A stretch of 6,997 bases of DNA from Promethearchaeota archaeon (lineage in GTDB: Archaea; Asgardarchaeota; Thorarchaeia; Thorarchaeales; Thorarchaeaceae): contig JALVPN010000026.1 of assembly GCA_027031765.1 (NCBI GenBank), positions 1-6,997 on the forward strand. Reading direction: 5' to 3'. Made by a program: the position numbers and the translations under genes. Below, piece after piece: positions 1-5,950 of the stretch. Under the pieces are notes generated by a model that worked only from the letters and a program-made list of their open reading frames with translations, was not told the origin of the DNA and made no database searches. Positions within the stretch are counted from its first letter, which is position 1; each line of letters opens with the position of its first letter.

Positions 1-1
1 C

Positions 2-202
2 TCTGCAAAGTCACCACTCAACGACGAGTCACACCCCGCAAGGATTGCCGCAGCTGAGATTGCGAGCCGGACGGCTGCTGAAGCGCCAGAGCCAGTGGCC
101 GAACCGCCAGCCCCACCACCCGTCACACCACCCCTCCCTGTTGACGACGGGGAGGCCGAGCCCATGGTGGGCACAGATGATGATATTGTGGAGGACTTGT
201 AA
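2..202 (+). CDS. rps4: 30S ribosomal protein uS4, C-terminal part (5'-truncated by window edge)
   Basis: Frame from nt 2 is open to TAA at 200-202 and reads [66 protein letters not shown]. SPLxDExHP resembles the end of archaeal uS4. The stop overlaps the uS11 start (TAATG), matching the S13-S4-S11 order. Confidence 0.8.
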   Translation, partial: SAKSPLNDESHPARIAAAEIASRTAAEAPEPVAEPPAPPPVTPPLPVDDGEAEPMVGTDDDIVEDL

Positions 203-603
203 TGAGTGAGAAGGACAAGCGTGACAAGTGGGGCATCGCCCACATATATGCCTCCTACAACGACACGATCGTACACATCACCGACCTTACGGGTGCCGAG
301 ACCATTGCCAGGTATTCCGGCGGCATGATGGTGAAGGCAGACCGGAACGAGTCCTCACCCCATGCTGCAATGCAGGCCGCCTTCGAGGCTGCACGGGAGG
401 CGAAGGACAAGGGCATCTACGGCATCCACATCCGTGTCCGGGCACCTGGTGGCCACGGCCCGAAGACCCCCGGCCCCGGTGCGCAGGCCGCAATACGCGC
501 GCTCAGTCGGGCCGGCCTCAGGATTGGGATTATTGACGAGGTCACTCCTATCCCACATGACGGTACCCGCAAGCCCGGCGGTCGCCGTGGTCGTCGTGTG
601 TGA
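202..603 (+). CDS. rps11: 30S ribosomal protein uS11 (eukaryotic S14-like)
   Basis: Motifs [54 protein letters not shown] and [19 protein letters not shown] are diagnostic of archaeal uS11. Confidence 0.98.
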   Translation: MSEKDKRDKWGIAHIYASYNDTIVHITDLTGAETIARYSGGMMVKADRNESSPHAAMQAAFEAAREAKDKGIYGIHIRVRAPGGHGPKTPGPGAQAAIRALSRAGLRIGIIDEVTPIPHDGTRKPGGRRGRRV

Positions 604-665
604 GGACGCGACAGGTACGGCGCTCCCTCACCGTTCCCATCCCCTCCATTCACGCAAGTCCATGG

Positions 666-2003
666 TCACGGCCAGTGCCAGTCGGGAGTGCTGCTCATCG
701 TAAATATGGCCCCAAGGTTGCTCCTGCCAGCCCTCTCGACCGGGCGTGTCAGGTGGCGTTGTGCCCGGGGCGGGGGGAGGTACGTACCCGGTGTGAGTGT
801 GCGTCTTTCCACCACCACCACCTTCTCTGCATGCCTCTCTATGTGACCACAACGCACACACTTGAAGCCCTTGCCACGTCCTGCGCTCTTCATCCTCTTC
901 CCACATGCCGGACAGACCGGGTTTGTCACGGTCCGCTTCTCTGCAAGACTGACCACCTCCACGCCCTCCACATTCAGTGTCATCGGGTGCGACCTTGATG
1001 CCGGCCTCACCCCCGCGTGCACCCGGATGAGGTCACCGTTCACGAGCCGCGCAATGAGCCCCCTGAAACTACCACTGGGCTCGTAGACTGCGCAGTCTAT
1101 GGAGCCTGTCTGGTCCTCTATGCCGAACACAAGGTGTCCACCCCGCATCATGACCGGACGTGACGTGACCTGCCCCTCGACAACGGCGGCCATGTATGGT
1201 CTCAGGCCTCTCACACTGACCCTGTGCGTCAGGTGCTCGCCAGTGCCCTGGTTCGTCCTGAAGATGATCCACATCTGCACCTCCTGTCCAGCGCTGACAT
1301 GCGTTGCAGCGGCCCTGACGGCGTTGGGGCTCTCGCCGCGGATCCCGTAGAGGACGGGGTCTGGCCCCTTGGGAGCAATCAGTATGCGTCCTGTTTCTGG
1401 GTCGATATTTGAGAAGAGTTGGTCTCCGAGTGCCTCCTGCATCCGCCGGACAGATGCGGGGTCAACACCTCTCTCCTCCTCCGTTTCGTCAAGGTCTCGG
1501 TAGGCCAAGAACTCAAACGTATAGTCCCCAGTAAGCCCATGTCCCACGGCTGCCAGCGCACCCACGATGCCCCGGCCACGTCCCCTAGTACGGTACTGGA
1601 CACTGTCACACCTTACGACGCTCTGCACAAGTTGCATGGGCACTACTCTCCACAGGGCCCTCCTTGCCAGCCACTGCACACTCTCAGGCACTCTGTCCTC
1701 GAGTACCACCACACCGGGGTTCGTGTTTGCATGCTCCTCCACATAACTGTCCAGTATCGCCTCTATGATGTCCATCACCTTTTCTCTGTGTTTCATGTCC
1801 ATCCGGAAGTGGAGCGCGACTGCACCATTTCCCCGGGTGCGGTAGGGTACGTTGGGGTTCAGGCGCACCAGGTTCGGGTAGTCAAGCCATGTAACACCGA
1901 GTTCCTCCAGCTGCCCGACAAGAAGGCTTGCGAAATGTGTGGTACACCCACCTGAAGGGCTGTCGATGTCGTCCATTCCGATGTGGAGTGTCAGGATCCC
2001 CAT
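666..2003 (-). CDS. tiaS: tRNA(Ile2) 2-agmatinylcytidine synthetase TiaS
   Basis: N-terminal GMDDIDS..GGCTTH (family GxDDTDS..GxCTT), RLNPNVPYRTRGNGAVAL, GRGIVGALAA, PKGPDPVLYGIRG, FRTNQGT, OB-fold region (YEPSGSFR), zinc ribbon CPACGKRMKSAG...KCVRCG, and C-terminal PPPRAQRHLTRP. Confidence 0.96.
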   Translation of the reverse strand: MGILTLHIGMDDIDSPSGGCTTHFASLLVGQLEELGVTWLDYPNLVRLNPNVPYRTRGNGAVALHFRMDMKHREKVMDIIEAILDSYVEEHANTNPGVVVLEDRVPESVQWLARRALWRVVPMQLVQSVVRCDSVQYRTRGRGRGIVGALAAVGHGLTGDYTFEFLAYRDLDETEEERGVDPASVRRMQEALGDQLFSNIDPETGRILIAPKGPDPVLYGIRGESPNAVRAAATHVSAGQEVQMWIIFRTNQGTGEHLTHRVSVRGLRPYMAAVVEGQVTSRPVMMRGGHLVFGIEDQTGSIDCAVYEPSGSFRGLIARLVNGDLIRVHAGVRPASRSHPMTLNVEGVEVVSLAEKRTVTNPVCPACGKRMKSAGRGKGFKCVRCGHIERHAEKVVVVERRTLTPGTYLPPPRAQRHLTRPVERAGRSNLGAIFTMSSTPDWHWP

Positions 2004-2018
2004 GCGCGACGCCCCTGT

Positions 2019-2279
2019 TCATGCAGTGGTGTCCTCTTGTGCAATGCATAGCTCGCAGTATGTCGCCTCTCCGACACGCACTCCATGGTCCTCACAGACG
2101 AGCCTGCCACATATGTTGCAGGCACGGGACGAGAGGTACTCCCCACAGATAGAACACCGTGTGTCCTCGCAGACCAGACACAGCTGTGTCCCAGTACCGG
2201 CCAAGCACCTACTGCAGACATGCGCCCCACATAGTGCACACTGGTATTCCGCCGGGGCACGCTCGCACACTTCGCACAT
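2019..2279 (-). CDS. Small Cys-rich protein with two tandem zinc-binding repeats (B-box/AN1/HIT-like spacing), function unknown
   Basis: Eight CxxC/CxxH pairs in two repeats: CEVC-x8-CALC-x4-CSRC-x8-CLVC and CSIC-x8-CNIC-x4-CEDH-x9-CELC. ATG at 2277-2279 is preferred to the TTG at 2309 in the ORF track. It ends 15 nt before the tiaS ATG. Confidence 0.85.
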   Translation of the reverse strand: MCEVCERAPAEYQCALCGAHVCSRCLAGTGTQLCLVCEDTRCSICGEYLSSRACNICGRLVCEDHGVRVGEATYCELCIAQEDTTA

Positions 2280-2341
2280 GTGCCCCTGTCCGCCCTGTGT
2301 TTCCTTCAAGGGTCATCGGTGCAACGGAGGCCTATGACAAC

Positions 2342-2353
2342 ATAGAAATCTAT
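2342..2353. promoter_or_regulatory. AT-rich palindrome in the divergent zinc-protein/tsr3 intergenic region (possible bidirectional promoter or TF site)
   Basis: ATAGA-AA-TCTAT inverted repeat in the most AT-rich patch between two divergent genes, ~36 nt upstream of the tsr3 ATG. It is not a canonical TATA box. Confidence 0.35.
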
Positions 2354-2389
2354 TGATTCAGAGCTAACAACGGGGCTGGTGCCACGCAC

Positions 2390-2917
2390 ATGGTGCATGT
2401 ACTCATCTTCCATGCCAATCAGTGTGACCCCAAGAAGTGTACCGGCATGCGCCTGTCCCGGATGAAGCGTGCACACCTGATCCGGCACCTGCGTCAGGTC
2501 CCACCGGGAGCTGTTGTGCTCAACCCTGTGTCGGAGGTCGCACTCTCCCGGGCGGACCGGGGCCACGCAGCCAGGGCCGGCCTCGTTGCACTGGACTGTT
2601 CGTGGAAGCTCGCAGGCGAGGTCTTTGAGTCGTCGCGTAGGGGCGTCCAGCGGGCCCTGCCATACCTGCTCGCAGCGAACCCGGTCAATACCTACAGGCC
2701 CGTAAGACTCTCCACCGCCGAGGCGGTCGCCGCTGCCCTCTACATCATGGGCTGGCGTGCCGCAGCCGAGGACATCATGTCCGTGTTCAAGTGGGGGTCC
2801 TCGTTCCTCACACTGAACCGCGCGTGGCTGGATGCATACAGTGAGTGCAGCACGAGCTCCGAAGTGGTGGCCGTACAGTGCGAGATCATGGACTCCCAGA
2901 CGCGTCGGAGGAGCTGA
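2390..2917 (+). CDS. tsr3: 16S rRNA aminocarboxypropyltransferase Tsr3 (DUF367)
   Basis: Motifs HANQCDPKKCTG, LNP...ALSRAD, GLVALDCSW, RALPYLLAANPVN, LSTAEAVAAALYI and FKWGSSFLTLN...LDAY are characteristic of Tsr3. Confidence 0.96.
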   Translation: MVHVLIFHANQCDPKKCTGMRLSRMKRAHLIRHLRQVPPGAVVLNPVSEVALSRADRGHAARAGLVALDCSWKLAGEVFESSRRGVQRALPYLLAANPVNTYRPVRLSTAEAVAAALYIMGWRAAAEDIMSVFKWGSSFLTLNRAWLDAYSECSTSSEVVAVQCEIMDSQTRRRS

Positions 2918-3015
2918 TGTGTCCAACGGCAGGCCACAGACGGGGACCTACCACAGAGGGACTGGGTTGGGCCGGTGCGGAGGACGGGCCGCGTGGGACT
3001 GTGGGACGTGTGGGT

Positions 3016-3363
3016 GTGGCCCTGGGTCTAGGAGTAGCCCCACTTCTGTTCGGCCGCATCCCGTTGCCAGGACGGGCTTTGCGACATCAGACTATGCTCT
3101 CTACCCTAGGCCTCGGGCCGACTCCTCATCGGCCTATTCTTGAGATTGCTACCCGGTGATGGGCCGTTTCAATCGCTCCATGCGAGTCCTCAACAGCTTG
3201 GAGTGCTGCATCATCGTCCTCTCTCGCATGGGGATATCGTTTCTGCTCCCAGAGCGAGCCTCTCGACTCCCTGCTCGCGCAGGACCGGTGTCGGCACGTA
3301 GGTGGGAGCTTCCTCAGCGCCCAGTATTGGGCACCGTCAGTCGCGCTCTAGCCCCAAGGCCAC
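3016..3363 (-). ncRNA. rnpB: RNase P RNA, archaeal type A
   Basis: Minus strand has CR-I GAGGAAGCUCCCAC and CR-V AACAGAAGUGGGGCUA, which form P4 with the bulged U (AGC-U-CCCAC/GUGGGGCU). Also: P1 GUGGCCUUGGGGCUAG/CUAGACCCAGGGCCAC, P2 GCGAC/GUCGC, P3 hairpin, P8 CCUGC-GCGA-GCAGG, P9 GAGUC-GAGA-GGCUC, CR-II AGCAGAAAC, CR-III UGAAAC, P6 GCCGAC(3295-3290)/GUCGGC(3122-3117), P16 UAGGCC/GGCCUA and P19 CCCGU/ACGGG. Confidence 0.97.
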
Positions 3364-3384
3364 TGGCCACATCCAGTGTCCCAG

Positions 3385-3393
3385 TATGTAAAA
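3385..3393 (-). promoter_or_regulatory. TATA box of rnpB promoter
   Basis: Minus strand TTTTACATA is centred ~26 nt upstream of the predicted P1 5' end (3363), the expected archaeal spacing, and is preceded by a purine-containing BRE-like AGCAAG. Confidence 0.65.
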
Positions 3394-3412
3394 GGCTTGC
3401 TGTGGGTGGCAC

Positions 3413-3430
3413 CCCGGCCCACCGACCGGG
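3413..3430 (-). terminator. Possible hairpin downstream of cbf5
   Basis: Minus strand CCCGGUC-GGUG-GGCCGGG (7 bp including one G-U) lies between the cbf5 stop and the rnpB promoter. No adjacent U-tract. Confidence 0.25.
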
Positions 3431-3493
3431 CTGTCGACTGGTCAGCCTGCGGGCCTGTCGTCTGCTGTCCTCATCCTCCCATGTGTACGGGTC

Positions 3494-4495
3494 CTAGTCA
3501 TGCTTCCTCCACATGGCCGGGTACCGTCCCCTTTCCATCAGCACCCTCTCGGTTACCGCCACAATCCCACTGTTCCTCTTGGCAATCTCATCGCTGGTCA
3601 GTTCACTCCGTGCCAGCGCAATGGCCTCCCCCTTCAGTGTCTTCAGGACTACGGTGTCTCCCTTCCCTATCCCACTTGTGAGCTCCAAGACACCACTTGC
3701 AGCTAGGTCTGCACCGTGGCAAATGGCGTCGACGGCGCTGTCCCGGACCGTGATAAATGGTAGGTGCGAGAGGGCAAACTCGATGGGCAACAGGTACTTC
3801 CGCAACTCTGACTCGTCGCCGTCCTCAATGTAGAAGTGATATGCGTCCTTAAGGTCGTACAGTGAACAGAGGTGCTCGTCCTCCTTGAACGGGCCCACCC
3901 TCGTCCTCCTCAACTCCTTCATGTGCGCCCCACACCCGAGTGCCTCGCCAATGTCAAAGCACAGCTTCCTGATGTACGTGCCGGCCTGACAGCCGACAAC
4001 AAACAGTACAAGACGTCCAGATATCTCCAGTATGTCGTTGTAGTATACTCTCCGGACGCGGAGCACCCTCTTTACCGACGACTTGAGTGGCGGACGCTGG
4101 TATATTTTCCCCTGGAACTCGGCGAGTACCTCCCTTATCCTCGGTTCCGGCACGCTGTCGTGGAGCTCCATTACGCACACATACTCCTTGCCGGCCGGCA
4201 AGAGGGCCTGCATCACCTTTGTCGCACTGCCAATCCCCGCGGGCAGGACGCCCGTGACCCCCGGGTCAAGCGTCCCACCGTGGCCCACCCTCTCCACATT
4301 GAGGATTTTCTTCACCCATGTGACGACCTCGTGGCTTGTGGGCCCTGCCGGCTTGTCGATGTTCACCACCGAACAGCGCAGGAGGTACTCCATTGGGAGC
4401 GCGCCGAGGTCTTGGAACCCGTAGTCGGGGCTCGTCGTGTCCCGTGCCCTCACAATGGTCTCTCGGGGCTCGTCCGATGGCAGACGTCTTGGCAA
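3494..4495 (-). CDS. cbf5: H/ACA RNP pseudouridine synthase Cbf5 (TruB family, with PUA domain), unsplit
   Basis: Motifs IDKPAGPTSHEVV, HGGTLDPGVTGVLP (catalytic Asp), KEYVCVM, IYQRPPLKSSVKR, GTYIRKLC.DIG, MKELRRTRVGPF and PUA region SAVDAICHGADL. TTG start with GAGGTGA at 4508-4514 upstream. Confidence 0.97.
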   Translation of the reverse strand: MPRRLPSDEPRETIVRARDTTSPDYGFQDLGALPMEYLLRCSVVNIDKPAGPTSHEVVTWVKKILNVERVGHGGTLDPGVTGVLPAGIGSATKVMQALLPAGKEYVCVMELHDSVPEPRIREVLAEFQGKIYQRPPLKSSVKRVLRVRRVYYNDILEISGRLVLFVVGCQAGTYIRKLCFDIGEALGCGAHMKELRRTRVGPFKEDEHLCSLYDLKDAYHFYIEDGDESELRKYLLPIEFALSHLPFITVRDSAVDAICHGADLAASGVLELTSGIGKGDTVVLKTLKGEAIALARSELTSDEIAKRNSGIVAVTERVLMERGRYPAMWRKHD

Positions 4496-4528
4496 CGGCC
4501 CTCACACTCACCTCGTCAGGACGGTCCG

Positions 4529-4807
4529 TCAGAACCTCACCTTGGTCCTGAACTTCTCGGTCAGTCCAGCCTCTTCGAGCGCCTTTTCCACGGTCGCATC
4601 ATCAGCATTCTCGGGGATTGAGACCGTCAGCTTCAGTGGTTCAAGGTGGCGCACATTGCAGCTCCGCCTCCTGACACCGCTGATGTGCTTTGGCCCGGTA
4701 ATCAGGACGTATTTTCCCGTCTTCGGCCCAACAATCACGCAGTAGCTGCCGGCCTCGCGGCCCATAGTCTTTACGCAGACCCTTCCAACTGAGTACAAGT
4801 CCATCAT
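4529..4807 (-). CDS. rpl14e: 50S ribosomal protein eL14
   Basis: VGRVCVKTMGREAG.YCVIV...VLITGPK..SGVRRR.CNVRHLEP. SD TGAGGTG at 4812-4818 points to a start at ATG 4807 or 4804, not 4828. Conserved position between cmk and cbf5. Confidence 0.96.
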   Translation of the reverse strand: MMDLYSVGRVCVKTMGREAGSYCVIVGPKTGKYVLITGPKHISGVRRRSCNVRHLEPLKLTVSIPENADDATVEKALEEAGLTEKFRTKVRF

Positions 4808-4808
4808 A

Positions 4809-4888
4809 CAACACCTCAACGTGTCCATGGTCAGACTGAGTCCCCCAAGTCGCCTTGGGCCTCATCCCATGGGCTGTGAGACGTGCTG
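4809..4888 (-). other. Predicted K-turn-containing mRNA hairpin covering the eL14 Shine-Dalgarno sequence
   Basis: CCAUGG(4872-4867)-GAU-GA-GG...C-U-GA-CCAUGG(4830-4825), with apical CCCAAG-GCGA-CUUGGG. Lower helices CAGCAC/GUGUUG and CUCA/UGAG include the SD. Confidence 0.55.
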
Positions 4889-4890
4889 AC

Positions 4891-4928
4891 ACGGCGGGCT
4901 GTCAATATGAGCGTTGTGCTCCCGCCGT
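4891..4928. repeat. Inverted repeat/hairpin at the cmk stop codon
   Basis: ACGGCGGG (4891-4898) and CCCGCCGT (4921-4928) form a perfect 8-bp stem around 22 nt that contains an inner GAGC/GCUC mini-stem on the minus strand. Confidence 0.5.
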
Positions 4929-5467
4929 CAGTCAAGACCCCAGAGTGTCCTGACTGCTACTAGCACGACCCTTGTCACACCCTCCAAGTCGTACTTCTCG
5001 GTGTTGATTACGAGGTCGTAGATGGACAGGTCACTGATGTCGATGTTGTAGAACTCCCTGTACCTCTCTGCCTCGCTCTCCTCGCGGATGACGGTCTCGT
5101 GCAGGGCGGTCTCGTAGTCGACACCATCACGACCGGCAATGCGGTGGACACGTGTCTCAAGCGGTGCCGTCAGCAGTACCCGCAGGTCTGCCAGGTCACC
5201 GACCATCCATGCTGCCAGCTGCCCGTCCAGGACAACATCTCCTGACCTCGCCTCTTCTGCAATCCTCTTGTCCAGCAGCCTGTCAATCTCTGGTCTCTCC
5301 TCGGCAAGACGGCTGAACCTCTCAAGCGTCATCCCGTGTTCCTTCGCAAGTTGTCGGAATATCATGCCTGCAGACACCCTTCTCAGACCGAACTCCCGTG
5401 CCACCCTGTCGGCGACCGAGCTCTTCCCAGTGCCGTGCAGGCCGCCAATCGTGATAACGCGGTTCAT
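4928..5467 (-). CDS. cmk: Cytidylate kinase (archaeal type)
   Basis: MNRVITIGGLHGTGKSS P-loop, SAGMIFRQLA...G.TL..F, EIDRLLD, VVLDGQLAAW, LTAPLETRV.RIA.RD, RE.SE..RY..FY.IDI.DLSIYDLVINT. ATG at 5465-5467 fits the family N-terminus better than the GTG at 5518. Confidence 0.96.
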   Translation of the reverse strand: MNRVITIGGLHGTGKSSVADRVAREFGLRRVSAGMIFRQLAKEHGMTLERFSRLAEERPEIDRLLDKRIAEEARSGDVVLDGQLAAWMVGDLADLRVLLTAPLETRVHRIAGRDGVDYETALHETVIREESEAERYREFYNIDISDLSIYDLVINTEKYDLEGVTRVVLVAVRTLWGLD

Positions 5468-5523
5468 GGTCGGGGACTCTCCAGTTCCGTTGCAGTCCAA
5501 TCGGTCGGTCTGCCACACGCTAC

Positions 5524-5625
5524 GTGCAGGGGTCTTGCGAGTAGCCGCACTCCCCTAGGTGTCCACCACAAGATGTACGTTTCCTGCTGCTAATGGTCAC
5601 TCCTTCTGTCGCCTGGACCCTGCAC
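5524..5625. other. Structured spacer between eL34 and cmk
   Basis: Closing stem GTGCAGGG/CCCTGCAC (8 bp, extendable over a bulge) encloses ~85 nt containing further hairpins (UGCGG-CUAC-UCGCA; CAGGA...UCUUG). Confidence 0.35.
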
Positions 5626-5628
5626 CGT

Positions 5629-5904
5629 CTATGGGTTCAGCCTCCTTGCTACCCGGACAATCTCTCTCCGGGCAGCTGAGGGGCTGGCAACGCCGCCGTA
5701 CGGACGGTTCGGACGTTTCGATGAACGGCTTGCCCTGCGGTTCCTCCCCTGCTTCGCATTCTTTGGGAGTTGCATCCTCGTGCCAGTGAGTGCGCAGGTG
5801 CTCACTGCCCTGTAGAACTTCTTCCTGTGGAGGGCCAGTCTGCCACCCGGTGTCCTGACTAGTCGGTTCGCCCTGCTCCTGGTCAACATCCCTGGTCGTG
5901 GCAC
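5629..5904 (-). CDS. rpl34e: 50S ribosomal protein eL34
   Basis: PRPGMLTRS....VRTPGGR...H.KK and SKRPNRPYGG are eL34 motifs. GTG start at 5902-5904 with SD GGTGA at 5910-5914. Conserved position before cmk. Confidence 0.93.
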   Translation of the reverse strand: MPRPGMLTRSRANRLVRTPGGRLALHRKKFYRAVSTCALTGTRMQLPKNAKQGRNRRASRSSKRPNRPYGGVASPSAARREIVRVARRLNP

Positions 5905-5950
5905 TGTTCTCACCGCTTCTCTCTGCTTGTCTTCGACCACCCCTTGCCGA

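Noticed and set aside
1965-1985. TiaS DDIDS instead of DDTDS
   Set aside because: The acidic residues and the CTT motif are intact; a single substitution gives no evidence of altered function.
2992-3014. Short GTGGGAC direct repeats downstream of rnpB
   Set aside because: Only two or three imperfect 7-mers with no spacers; not CRISPR-like and consistent with chance in GC-rich DNA.
2917-3159. ORF starting at the tsr3 stop (TGATG overlap) with a hydrophobic stretch
   Set aside because: More than half of it is antisense to the RNase P RNA, and the product is Gly/Arg-rich with no recognisable family; most likely spurious.
3156-3497. 113-aa + strand ORF and neighbouring short ORFs
   Set aside because: They overlap rnpB and its promoter on the opposite strand and show no protein motifs.
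3872-4621. 249-aa + strand ORF
   Set aside because: Antisense shadow of cbf5/eL14, expected in high-GC coding DNA.
4822-4872. H/ACA guide RNA interpretation (ACA follows the CCAUGG stem; cbf5 is nearby)
   Set aside because: The pocket-to-ACA distance is 12 or 19 nt rather than 14-16, and the K-turn occupies the pocket position instead of lying apical to it.
4825-4930. SECIS-like reading of the AUGA...UGA core, with cmk, eL14 and cbf5 all in one frame and separated only by UGA stops
   Set aside because: There is no ~11-bp helix II or unpaired apical AAR as in SECIS elements. The proteins end and start at normal family boundaries with their own SD sites. UGA dominance and shared frame are explained by GC content and chance.
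5524-5625. Possible 5S rRNA, tRNA-Sec or SRP RNA fragment
   Set aside because: No 5S loop C, no T-loop or anticodon arm, and the CCAGG...GAAGGAG stretch cannot form the SRP helix 8 GNRA stem.
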